Positions 1 through 11,259 of a stretch of DNA of 64,000 nucleotides are shown in pieces. How positions within the stretch are numbered: the first letter of the stretch is position 1; each line of letters opens with the position of its first letter. The notes beneath the pieces were generated by a model. The model worked only from the letters and a program-made list of their open reading frames with translations, searched no databases and was not told the DNA's origin. Made by a program: the position numbers and the translations under genes. The DNA comes from Peribolospora baueri (Eukaryota), in assembly GCA_029717555.1 (NCBI GenBank), contig JAMDHS010000013.1, positions 248,001-312,000 on the forward strand, written 5' to 3'.

Positions 1-591
1 ATGGACGCCTTCGGGCCGAGGTGCGGCGGGCGCATCGGAAGAAGCAACGGACACGCTACGGGACGGTGTCAGCGGTGTAGATGTTGATCTAGAGGCGGAG
101 GCCGTCATTCGTTGACGTTTCGGGGAGGGAGAGGTAGAGTAGGACGCAGCTTTACGCTTGGCCGACGATTCTGGGTATCGGGGAGAGGGTAAGCGACGAA
201 CAAAGCACTGCATGAGACTAAAACCACTTAAAACACAAATAAACGGTGAATGACACTCACCACCAGCCAAAGGCTCGTCTGGGGAAGACAGTCGGGAAGA
301 CAGCGAGGGAGACTGGGGACCAGACGCCTTGTCATCGCCACCGTCCGCGCTGGCGGGTGCGGTGGCCTCATCCGAAGGAGTGCCCATCTGGGCGTAAACC
401 AACGCTAGGAGGACGGAAGGAGAGCCAATGTCTGCCCAGGAAGCAACAGACAGAAGATCGGATCAGCCGTCGATGTTGATGTCCATGAGGAAGGGGAGAA
501 AGGAAAGCGATAAACCGTGGAGATGGCGCGCTGCTGCGGTAGCCAAACCTCGCTCGGGCCACCCGTCGATCGGCGCAGAGACGTCTTCCAT
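1..591 (-). CDS. 5' part of an unknown, probably nuclear protein gene (runs off the window edge)
   Basis: ATG at 591. Splicing two GT..AG introns gives MEDVSAPIDGWPERDIGSPSVLLALVYAQMG...ESSAKRKAASYSTSPSPKRQRM..., open to base 1, with a bipartite-NLS-like KRK..PKRQR. Divergent from BET5 across ~95 bp. Confidence 0.6.
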
Positions 592-685
592 TCGCACCCA
601 TCATCACTTCGAAGTCGAAACTACTCCACATTCCTCTCTCGTACTTTTAACTACGGCCTCGTCACTGCAGTGCAAGTCAGTCCAA

Positions 686-1864
686 ATGCGTGAGTTATAA
701 GCATGTGGAGACAGGCGAGGGAGGGCCCGTCCGGAGATTCGTCCTCTTGCCTCACGTGGCGTGCTTTCCCAATTCGTTGACCGGTCCATCCGACAATGAT
801 GCGACTGAACGGACTGTTCACTTGCTTTCTTCCCCCTGCTCTCTGGTTTTCCTATCGATGGCGAATTTGCCCACGCCTCTCCTCTGCTACCTGCACAGGT
901 GCCTGGTCATTGTGGATATTCGATCGACACTGCGAAGCCATTTTTCACGCCGACTGGACCCACGGTTTCGGAACCGGATCAACTAACAATGCGAGGGTGC
1001 CTGGCGCTCCGACGAGGCGCCGGACAGGAGGGACCACCATGCCTTCTGTGACCCGGTCCGTTGTTGTCTCCGGGGCTGACGGGTTGGCCGCCGTGGCCAG
1101 CGATGGTGGGCTTGCGGGAGCAGCGGGGCCAGGGGGAAGTAAAGAGTTGCCGTTCGACGAGGAGGCAAAGCTGGTGTACGGAGTAGTGTTCTCGCTGAGG
1201 AATATGGTAAGGAAGCTGGGTGGGAAGTGAGTATGTTGCTCCATCCGTCCGTCCGTCCAGAAGGGCGCGTGCTGATCATATCGCTCTCGTCTTTTCCCTT
1301 CCGTACCGCGCGCGCAGAGACGAGACATTCCAATCCTATACCACCTCGACGTACACGCTCTCTCATCTCCACACGCCCACCCAATACACTTTTGTTCTCC
1401 TCACCGACCCACTCCCATCCCACTTACCTCCTTCCGCCAACCCGTCCGCATCTTCTGGTGGCGCAGGCGGAGGCTATTCCACAGCCTCCGCCTCATATGA
1501 CCAGCCCTCTTCGGCTAGCCTGCGTAACGTCCTTCGACAGATTTACACGGGCCCCTTTCTCGAGTTTGTCGTTCGAAACCCTATCGGGAGCATGGAAGGG
1601 GAAGGGAAGAAGAGAGAGGAAGGGGTGGATTCGGACATGTTCAGGGAGGGCGTAGAAGCGAGTGAGTAACGTCCGAGTCAGCGCTAAGGCGCGGCCGACC
1701 TACGCCACATAGGAGCGTGTATTCAAGCGTAAACGAGCCGTGTGACGGTCGACGTAAGCTAACCTGCCCGTCTTCCGGTCTCGCCCTTCGCCACATCGTC
1801 CCGAACCACAGCGTTAGCGCACAACAAATTGCAAGCGCCCAACCTAGCGCAAGGCCCCGTCTGA
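686..1864 (+). CDS. BET5: TRAPP complex subunit Bet5/TRAPPC1 (sybindin-like longin domain)
   Basis: Introns 690-898 and 1227-1317 give MRAWSLWIFDRHCEAIFHADW...EEAKLVYGVVFSLRNMVRKLG...FQSYTTSTYTLSHLHTPTQYTFVLLTDP...LRQIYTGPFLEFVVRNP. The last exon is uncertain (stop at 1669 or 1864). Confidence 0.9.
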
Positions 1865-2271
1865 TCTCGTCCACGTACAGGATGCGACGAACGCCACATG
1901 TACTGCACATCTGACTCCGGGGAGGAAACTACAGAGCTGCGATACCCTCGAGGAAGCCTGTGATCGTGGTCCGTCTGAGGGCCGAGTCTTCTCCCACAAG
2001 CCCCATCAAACTTGCTGGGAAGTAGACAGGTTGTACTTACGCTCATCTGCTCCGTCTTCCCCGCCCATCATTATTTTTCTCTGTTGGGGCTCGAGTGAAA
2101 AGACGTGGTAGGCCCATCTAGTCTGGACGCTAGGGCCGATCCGTGCACACAAGGTGGTTAGGTCAATACCTCAGATGGTATTCCCTGGTTATGTTCTGCA
2201 TTAATGTATTGTGCAGGACATACAGATGGTCATCACGAATCCGAACTGAGAGAGGGTATCATCTTAAAGTG

Positions 2272-5200
2272 ATGCGGTCTTCCCTCGGCCCAATCCCAGA
2301 CCGCCTCGGGGTGGCTCGTGCGTCGACTGCGGCCGCTCGTAAGAAGCCATTCAAAAACGACCGCGTCTCGTCGTCTGTTTCCTCTTCCTGCGCCCGTTTC
2401 CCCCGTGTCGTTGAAACTCGAGCGCCGTTGACGCAGATCCCCGGAACGAGATGGACCTCTTAAAGGCCAAAGGCCTGGCTCTGGCGTCCCGTTGCGACGC
2501 CTCCCACACCCTTCGCGGCTTAGCCGAGCGCGTCCAGTTCGCGACTTTGGAGGTGGTAAGTTGCCTGTCGCAAGTTCGCCCCGTTTCAACGCGCTTTCTT
2601 CGTTTCGACGAGGAACCTGAGCGCGTGGGCTCTCCTGTACGTTTCTTTGCTCGCGCCGCTTGGTTTTTCCGCTTGTCGCAGCTCGACCCAGCCTACGACG
2701 CCGCCGCGGTAGACCCGGACATTGAGCGCTTCTTCTCCATCGACCTCGCGCCGGCGTTCTCCTCCTTCCCGGACGAATCATACGCATACCTAGCCGCCTT
2801 CGTAAGATGCATCTGGGGCGACAAGCTCGTAGAGGCAGAGAGGAACCATGACCGCGACGCTGCCCTACGCTGGGACCGGATCCTTGAGCTTGCGCTCGAT
2901 CGCAGCTTTAGCGTCATCAAGCCGGAGCACAGTGAGCCGGTCGGATATTTAAACGCTTTCGGACGGAGTCTTCACGTCGAGTTGAGACAGCGCTCACCCT
3001 TCCTGCTCGGCTCCTTTTGGTATGGAATGGCCGGCGTCAGAGGGTACGGCGGGCGTTCACCTTACCGCCATCCTCTTCGAGCTCATCACCGCCTCTCCAT
3101 TGGAGAGGGTGGGCGACCAGGCAATGGCCACGGTGAGAAGACCTCCACTCCAAACCTCCGCTTACTCTCACGTCTGAAAGTCGCCGTAGCCTCAGTTCAT
3201 CGCTGCGAGAGCCGCTGTATCCGGACCGCCTTCTCATTTCTGTTCGTATTTGCGTGTTGGGCGAGATAGTGCATCGATGCCCTCCTCTGTTTGCTGGAAG
3301 GTCCATCCAGCAACACGGAGCGCCTCCGAGATCCTACCTCCTTCGATGCGCAAGTGGCTCCTCATTTCTGACGCTCACCATCTCAGCGATTATACCTCTC
3401 ACGCATTCATAACCGTCTTGCTCTCCGAACAGGCTGCTCCTCGGACGAGCCACCATGCGCATGCCCAGTGCGCCGCATCCACCACCGTTTTAGCTATCCT
3501 GTCCAGGTCTTCTTTACTGGATACTCACTCCCACTGTTTTTCCCTCCATCGCTTTCGCAGAGTATAGCCTCGCTTTTTCCCTCCTCGAGGTCGCCTTTCG
3601 CATCGGCCAAGCCGCTCCCCCCGCCGACCGACTCCGATTTCACACCCGCGTCTTCTCCGAGCTCGACAACTGGCGCGGGACACGGAGAAGCAAGGCCGAT
3701 GTGGAGGGCTCTAACGAGATGGCACCAGAGGATGCGTTGGCGCGCAAGCTCTCCGACACCCCCAGCGAAGGCTTTGACGCGGTGAGACGAAGCTTAGTGG
3801 AGCGTCGATGGTCGTACCAACAAAAAGAGGCGCATATATTCACCTTGTTCATGTGCTTCTGAGTGCCCGTGCAGACCGCATGCGAGATTCTGATGGAAAT
3901 TAGCACGTTGAGCTCGGAGTGGTGAGAGGGGATCCACGCAAGCGGTTCGTTCAGAGGACGTCGACCCTGACCCGGGGCTCCTTCCGTCATTCCCCATCAC
4001 CAGTCCCATGCCGTTCTCATGCACACGCATCGCCATGCGCTACCGAGACGGAGGCGATGTGCTCCTCGTCCCACCGTACCGGATGCCGAGGCATCTGCTC
4101 TGGCTTAATAGGAACGGTTTCGAGTTCGATTGCAAGGACCCGGACGTGAGCCGCAGAGTTGTCGGTCCGGTAGATCGGCTGAGCCGCCCCAGTTCCCCTG
4201 CCTTGTCCGCCTCTGATTTCCCTTCCTTTCGCTCTCCCCACCGCAGGGCGTACGGGAAAGCGAAGCGCAAGTCGAAAGCGTCGAGACTGTGACTTGGGAT
4301 GGCGGATTTGAGAAATTCATCTCGTTGGCTATAGACGAGCGTGGACGTGAGTGAACGCGCCAGCTGTATGCCTTGTCCACGATCTTAGGCACGCTCTCAC
4401 CTTTTGAATACATCCCTCCCCCGCTTCGCCATACCCTTCCCGCGAACGCAGCCCGCTCCAGGTTGCAGATCGACGTGGGGGAGCCGGTCATTTTCTCCGC
4501 CGTGGTTTCGACGCCACATAGCTGGACGCTCGTATTCGAGATGGAAAAAGAGACGTTTTCGAGGTTGCAAAACGCCCTAGACGAGAGGCTAGACGTGAGA
4601 CCACGGTTCGTCGTCATTTCAGCCAGCTGCGCTGCCTCACCAAATATACCCTTTGGCACCTACACACGTACAGGAAGTTTCTCGCCGCCTCATACCGTCC
4701 ATCACGCCCTCCGAAGTGTCCGCTCAACTGGAGACAAAGGTTCTTCTCGAGCTGGCACTAAACACTCCTTTAGCGGACGTCGAGGTGAAGGGACGCAAGG
4801 CCTCGCAAACTGTCGCCATTTTCATCGAGCGCAAGTCTCCATCGCCTTCTCCGCCTGCCAAGGGAGCTCGGAAGTCCGAAGCGAACGTTGACGGGTCGTC
4901 GAAGGCAACTGGCGAGAAAACCATATGCAACGTTCTCAGCGAAGTAGCCGTTCGCGACCTAGACGGAGACACAGATCAAGATGGCATCGAGGACGTGCCC
5001 TCGCCCGCACCGACTGAGGCGTCTGAAGAGAAAGACGACATCATCCTCAAGATCCTTAGAGCGCCGTCTCCTCCAACTCCCGCCGGTCGACGCGAGATGT
5101 GGGCTCGACCGAAGGTAGCGGCAGACTCTGAGATCTCAGCCCGTCTCGAAGCGCAAGAGCTCGCGCGACCCTGCACTCAGCTCGCCACTCCTCCGATGAC

Positions 5201-6634
5201 GTCTCCACCGAAGGTGCACAAGAGGCCTACCTCGCCTTTGTCGTCTTCGCCCGCGCGCAACCTCCGCAAACGCGGTCGCGACGGTAGGGCCGTCCTCCCG
5301 AGAACTTTGCAGCATCCACTCGTCTCTAAGACGCCCAAGCAGAAGGAGGCAAAACGAGTCAGAAACAAGAAAGGTGCGGGCGTTAGGAAGAAGAAACTTC
5401 ATACGCAAGAGCAGCCGCAGGCGCAGAACGGGTACTCGTCCGATCTATCAGAGCTCTCCGAGCACTCGTCTTCGTCATCCGTTCGACGTATGCCGGAGCA
5501 GCCAGACGTTCGGCCGGTCGAGCCGTCGACAGTGGACGGGGGAGAGTCTAGCACCCGCAAATCGGTTCAGTTCAACGTCTCGGAGAGTCCGTCCGAGTCA
5601 TCGGTTCAGACCTTGTCGCGTCCCGCTCAGGAAGACGAGGTGACGAGTGTGGAGGAGGGGAAGTCTCTTTCGAACAGAGAAATACAGTTCGACGACCTGG
5701 ATCGTGCACGTCAGCCGGTAGTTCAAAGCGCGTCGCAGCCAGCCCACGGCGACAATCGGATGACCGAGGAGGATGATGAGTCTCATGGGCACATGCTGTC
5801 CCAATCCAAGAATCCCGTCCCGGTGCTACAGCTGTCTGCTGCACATGAAACTCCAATGCGCTCGTCGAAGCGCGACGACGATCCGGTGACCGCAAACGAG
5901 GATGAAGAGCCCGAGGACGCGATCCTCTTGCTTGGCTCGCCTCCCCCTCAGGCGTTGGATCGCCGATCGGAGGGCGGTCACGGTCCGACGACACCAGCCG
6001 AGATCAATTGTAGTTCGCGGAAATGGGTCGATTTCGAGCTACCGCCGGCAACAGTACGGTCGTCTTTTCGTGCAGCGCCAGGTCGCCGACAGCAACGCGA
6101 GGATGTATCTCGCTCGCTCGACGGCGTCTTGGACGCCCTTCGAAAGGTCGCGGAGGCGAGTCACGCTCACCTTCCACACTTGTGGTGCCTTTGAAACAGA
6201 AATGAGCTGACTTCCGGGCCTCGGCTCGCTTTGCCAAAGGCGGCGGTAGTACGCATCGCGAGCAAGGATCGGTTCGTGAAAAGCACCTCTGAGGAGAGTG
6301 CCCGTCGCGCGTCCTTGGAGTTCGGAAGCTTGCTCGACAAGTTCTGCGAGAACAGGTACGCTTCCGCTCCGTTGCGGGTGCTACTATAGCGAGCAGCACG
6401 GCGCCGTCTGACCTGCTTGCCGCGGTCCTACGTCCCATAAACAGCGTCGCAGTGCAACAAACGCTCCACGATCGTTCCCTCCAGCGGGATCGCGCTAGCG
6501 CCGAGGTGCGGTCATCTCTTCACAAGTCTAGAGACGGCGTGGAAAGGACGCTCGGCTTGATCGCCGACCTTGAAAATCAGGCGGGCGTGAGCGTAAGGTC
6601 AAGGCTTCCGGCTCATCTCTTCCAGTCGGCTTGA
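2272..6634 (+). CDS. Putative meiotic chromosome-axis core protein (SYCP2/Red1/Rec10/ASY3-like)
   Basis: About 13 exons splice in frame. Helical N-terminal region with KYSLAFSLLEVAFRI and FDATACEILMEIS; PH-like beta region PMPFSCTRIAMRY..LLVPP..HLLWLNRNGFEFDC..LQIDVGEPVIF..WTLVFEM; then RKASQTVAIFI, a ~480-aa disordered exon (ORF 4653-6194) and a C-terminal coiled coil ending RLPAHLFQSA*. The gene is well supported; the family is inferred. Confidence 0.6.
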
Positions 6635-7083
6635 AAGTATTACGTCAAGGATTTTTCATGCCTGCATCGCTCGCATCCATGTCGGACCAAGGGAAAAATC
6701 GTCGAAGGTGGTACGGCAGCGCTCTTTCGTGAAGGATGGCCTGAACGGGACAGCGTGCGGATGGACGAGAGAGAGCGCTGCTGCACCTAGAGCTGATAAA
6801 CGGGGATAAGTCCCACTTCCCCTCCGTCGGCCACGATGCACTCGACACATGACCTAGTTTTGATACGATATCCGAGCCTTTTTCCAAGGGACGATACATG
6901 AATGGGCAGCGGTGGGCAGCGGGCTCCCTCCGAAGAGAGTGAGAGTAGGCTTCGAAAAGCCCTAAGCGAAAGGAATCTGAAGCGGGATATAAGAAGACTT
7001 GCTCCATGGACAAGTTAGCTGAGTTGGGCTCAGCTGGGCCGGTTTGATACGGGCGTGGCTCGATTTGGCTAGACTCTGCACCG

Positions 7084-9262
7084 TCACTTATGCGCCTTGT
7101 CGAGCGCCTGAGCCAGGTCGGCGATCAGGTCCTCGGCATCTTCTATGCCGACCGAAAGACGGATAAGGTTCTGCAGGAAGGGAGAGACACGGGCGTGCAC
7201 ATATACGTGGGGTCAGCCTCCCTCTCGTCCGCCCGATAACCCATGCACCACCGCCGCCGTTACTCGAGTGGAGCATTAACCAACTCACGTGCTCGATGCC
7301 GAGCTTTTTCCTTTCGGCGTTGCTCAAGCCACCGTGCGTCATGAGCGAGGGAAGCTCGGCGAGCGATTCTACGCCGCCGAGAGACTGTGCAGGGGTGGGA
7401 TGGGCGAGAAGAAAAGAGGTGTACGACGTCCCGTCCGTACGTCAGTGTCAGCGGGGGAAGGGGAAAGGGGAACGGATGAAAGGCAATAATGACCTGGAGA
7501 ACGCGACCGGTGCCGCGCCCCCGTCTACCTTACCTCCGCGAGCGTGAAGATCTTCAAGCTGGCCAAGAACCTGTCCGCCCTGACCGGGTCCTCCTCGCCT
7601 TCGTCGAGTCTGAATGTCACCATGCCGCCGTAGGGGAACGCTCCGTCCTCAGCCGTCTCCCCCGACCTCACGGCACCTCCCACCCTCTGCAGGTCCTTCC
7701 TCGCCCTCTCCGCCAATTGCGCCTTCGCGGTCTCGAAGCCGGGATGACTGGGCAGGCCCGGGTAGATGACCTTCCGCACGCCGGGGTGGGATGAGAGGAA
7801 GCGAGAGACGAGGAGGGCGTTGTGGCCGTGCTCGCGCATCCGCACGGCCAGCGTCTTGAGGCCCCTTTGAGCGAGCCAAGCGTCGTGCGGGGATGGGACG
7901 GCGCCGTGACTGCGTCGTCATTGTCGTCAACCGCCGCCATCCAAAGCGGAAGCAGCGAGCGTGGAAAGAGCGAACGAAAAAAGGTCAGAGGGATGTTGGT
8001 CACTTTACTTTACCCTTTGTCCTGCCCGTCAGAGGCGTCAAGTCGACTCACGCATTCTGCAAGAACCTGAGCCTCTCCACCACGTCATTGCTCAAACCCC
8101 TCCTCGTGACGAGGGCGCCCATGACGACGTCGCTGTGTCCGTTGAGGTACTTGGTCACGCTGTGGCTCACGATATCCGCGCCCAATCGGAGCGGCTGCTG
8201 ATAGTACGGGGAAAGGAAGGTGTTGTCGACGACGACGAGAATCGAAGGGTCGTGGGCGTGGACGGCGCTGGCGATTTGAGAGATGGGTGCGATGCGGAGC
8301 GTCGGGTTCGTTGGCGATTCGAGCCACACGAGCTGTGAACGGGGATAAAGAGAGGATGAAGTCAGATCGGTCTAAGATGCTCTCGCTTGGGAGGGGCGGG
8401 AAAGGAAAGAATCTACCTTGGTCTCAGGCCTGATCACGGCTTTCAGCGCGGCCTCTACGTCTCCATCGATGTCCAAGAAGGTCGTCTCGACCTGCTGCAA
8501 TTGTGTGGCGACCTTGGTGAAGTATCTGTGCAAACGCGACAAAATGGACGACGCCAGATTCACCTATGAGTACCGGCGTTCCAAACATAACTTCACCCTC
8601 ATCGTTCCTTCCTTTCTCTCACCGATGCGTTCCGCCGTATACGTCAGCGACGCTGACCACGTGCGCCCTCTTTCCATCGGCCGTGGGGGCGCACAGGGCT
8701 TGAACAACAGTCGCTGTAGCGGCGGAGCCGGAGGCGAAGGCAAAGCCGTGCTCGCCTTCTTCGAGGGAGGCGACCAGTGATTCAAACGCTGCGCGGTTGG
8801 GGTTCGAGGAGCGCGAGTATTCGAAGCCCTGAAGGACGGGAGGGGGACGGGTGGAGAAGAGAGGGGGAGAGCGAAGTGAGGAGAACGCTCGATTCGATAG
8901 AGCACGTAGCAGATATGTCGACGCCAGACAAAAGGCTCAACTCGGAAGACGAACACCGAGCTCACCATGTGCTTGCCAACCCGGGTCTGCTTGTAGGTCG
9001 TGCTCAAGCTGATGCCGGGAATGACGGCCCCCGTCTCCTTGCTCGCTTCCGAGCCGACGTGAATGGCACGGGTAGCGAAACCCCATTGGGCGTCATCGTC
9101 CCCGCCGGTGACACCTTCAAGGGCGGAGGCTGGTGTGGTGACGCCGGTTGCGGAAGAGCGAGGGGCGAAGGAAGGGGAGGACGAGCAGGAGGAGTGGAGC
9201 GAGAGCGAGGCAGGCGTGCTGAGGTCGGTGGTGGGTTCCAAGCGGTGGGCGTTGGCGTGCAT
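7084..9262 (-). CDS. CYS3: Cystathionine gamma-lyase (Cys/Met metabolism PLP enzyme)
   Basis: GFATRAIHVG, VIPGISLSTTYKQ, FEYSRSSNPNR, FASGSAA, WLESPTNPTL, VVDNTFLSPY, PLP-lysine motif SHSVTKYLNGHSDV, FTLAE, LIRLSVGIEDAEDLIADL. Multi-exon; stop TGA at 7086-7084. Confidence 0.93.
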
Positions 9263-9997
9263 GGCGGACGGTGGTGCGGCGAGTTGGGGTCCGGGAGATG
9301 TAAAGGCCTAAGGGTGCTCTATATGTATATCGCAAGGGTGAAGGGTGCGTGAGTGGACGGGGGCAGTTGGTCGTCTAAGTCACCGAGCCGAGACTGTCTT
9401 GTGCAGGTGCGAGAGTCCGTCGCGGGGATTACAAGTCCGTAGGCGAAGGGATGCGGGATTGGGTATGTCAGACCCGTGGCTTATTTTAAATAGAGGTGGC
9501 ACCAAGCCAAGACGGGGGTGGGATGGGGATGGCAGATGGTGGGGAGGAGACGAGGATGGTGGCGAGTGTAAGATGGCCGAGTCGCCGCGTCGTTCGTGTT
9601 TCTTTTGTTTCTCTCCTCCGCCCTCCTCGCCGGCTTTCTTATTCGCCGACGTCATTTTCCTCTCTTCGACATTCCATCCTCGACACCCGTCCAGATGACT
9701 CCATTCGGCCGAGACCATCGACGACGACGACGACGACGATCCCTCGGACTACTCGCGAGCGACGCGGAGAAGATGGCGCCATATCCCCGCAAGCACGTGG
9801 CGGGCACGTGCTTGATGGAAGGATTGGGGGTGGCGGAGGTACCACTCCCGCTTTTCCATGCGCCTGCTCGCTCACACGTGCGCTCGTCCACGTGCATGGA
9901 GACGTGCGAGAATGACGATGAATTCGCTCACGACCGACAGCAGGACGATCCTACAGGATAGGGTTGCGGTTCGCGAGGCGACGCCACCTTCGCCGCC

Positions 9998-11011
9998 TCA
10001 AAGCTCGCCAGCAAGTATCATGGGCCCTTCGATCTCCCTCCTCTTCTCTTGGCCCGCCACGCGCTCGGCAAGGGTGAGAGCGAAGAGGAAAGCCGTCCCA
10101 GGACCGCGACTGACAAGAGAGACATAGAGGAGAAGATCACGAGATGGGCGAGACCGAGTCGAAATAGCGATCGATCGAGAGCTGGCTGTTGTTCCAGCAC
10201 TGACTCGGAGATGGGAAGCAAGGAGCACTCACGAGGTGACGAGGTTTTCGGAGACAACCACACGATCTTCCGAGTAGTCATAATCTGCAGAGCCATGATC
10301 GCGAGGAGAACGTGGAGGAAATGATGAGCGATCCCATCTCCTTTCATTTCATGGGAAGAGATAGGCTTGCTGCTCAGCAGCGCAGAGGCACGCGCTTCAG
10401 ACCGCCATCTCGCCTTTTTCGAGATCTTGCTTCACGCTCGGGTGGCTTGTAACCTTTTTCCCTTTTGCGATACCGCTGGTCTTGGCTACGAGTGTTCCGG
10501 CGCATATCATGCCTACCGTCTTGGCAGGATCACCGTAGTAGGTCTGCACAAGCGATTGCACGAGAGAAGCCTGAGAGAGCGTCGCTGCGCCGGGTCCGCC
10601 GCCGGGAATGACAAGCAGAGAATAGGAGCGCTGCGGAGCAGGATCGAAAGAGGAGGTAAAGATAATAAGGGAAAAGGGAGGGTTCAGTCTCCGCGGGCCG
10701 ATGACCGTCCCACCCATCCTTTTTCATCAAACACTCACGGCCTTCTCCCCTCCTAAATCTTCCAGGTCAACGTCGGGGATAATGCGCAACCCCCTAGAGC
10801 ACACTGCGGGGCCTTGTTTTCCGTTCTTCAGCTGCACGCCCGCAGCGGTGACCTTGAGGCCGGCTCGGACGAGGACGTCGTAGGAGATGGTGAACCTGTC
10901 CGGGTGGGCCGCCCAGGTCTGAGCGTGCAAGAAACGGGTTCGCGAATTGCGTTTGTTCACTCACTCCATCTCCTCCGTCCCGTCTGCAATGAGAATCAAA
11001 GCTGAAGCCAT
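9998..11011 (-). CDS. DJ-1/PfpI family protein (glyoxalase III/deglycase-like)
   Basis: MASALILIADGTEEME|FTISYDVLVRAG..CSRGLRIIPD..LLVIPGGGPGAATL..GMICAG (nucleophile elbow)..VTSHPSVK..RVVVSENLVTSR|GPGTAFLFAL. Confidence 0.92.
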
Positions 11012-11259
11012 TTTCCTTCGATTCAGGCGAAGTTCTGAGGGGAGCGAGGTGTGAGTCTGGCCGGCGAGGCGATCGTCAACGTCGGTCGAATTACATCATC
11101 CGGCTCGCTTACTTTACGTTTACGCGCTTTACAATGAAATTGAAGTCGCGACGGAGCGCGTGAAGCTCCGGCGGACGCGTCGTGACGCTCCGGCGGATCA
11201 CGTCGCGACTGCGGCGCGCGCGCGAGGCTTTTAAGAGTTGGCGCGACCTGTCCTTCCTC

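Noticed and set aside
7017..7035. Perfect hairpin AGCTGAG-TTGGG-CTCAGCT resembling the vertebrate telomerase P6.1 loop
   Set aside because: It lies 4.6 kb upstream of the template, beyond two protein genes, in the CYS3 3' region, so it cannot belong to the same RNA. Probably coincidental or a 3'-end structure.
9345..9961. Short ORFs and a (GAC)n run between CYS3 and DJ-1
   Set aside because: No protein-like signal; more consistent with the CYS3 promoter (TATA-like near 9320, TGACGTC and TGACTC motifs) and the DJ-1 3' UTR.
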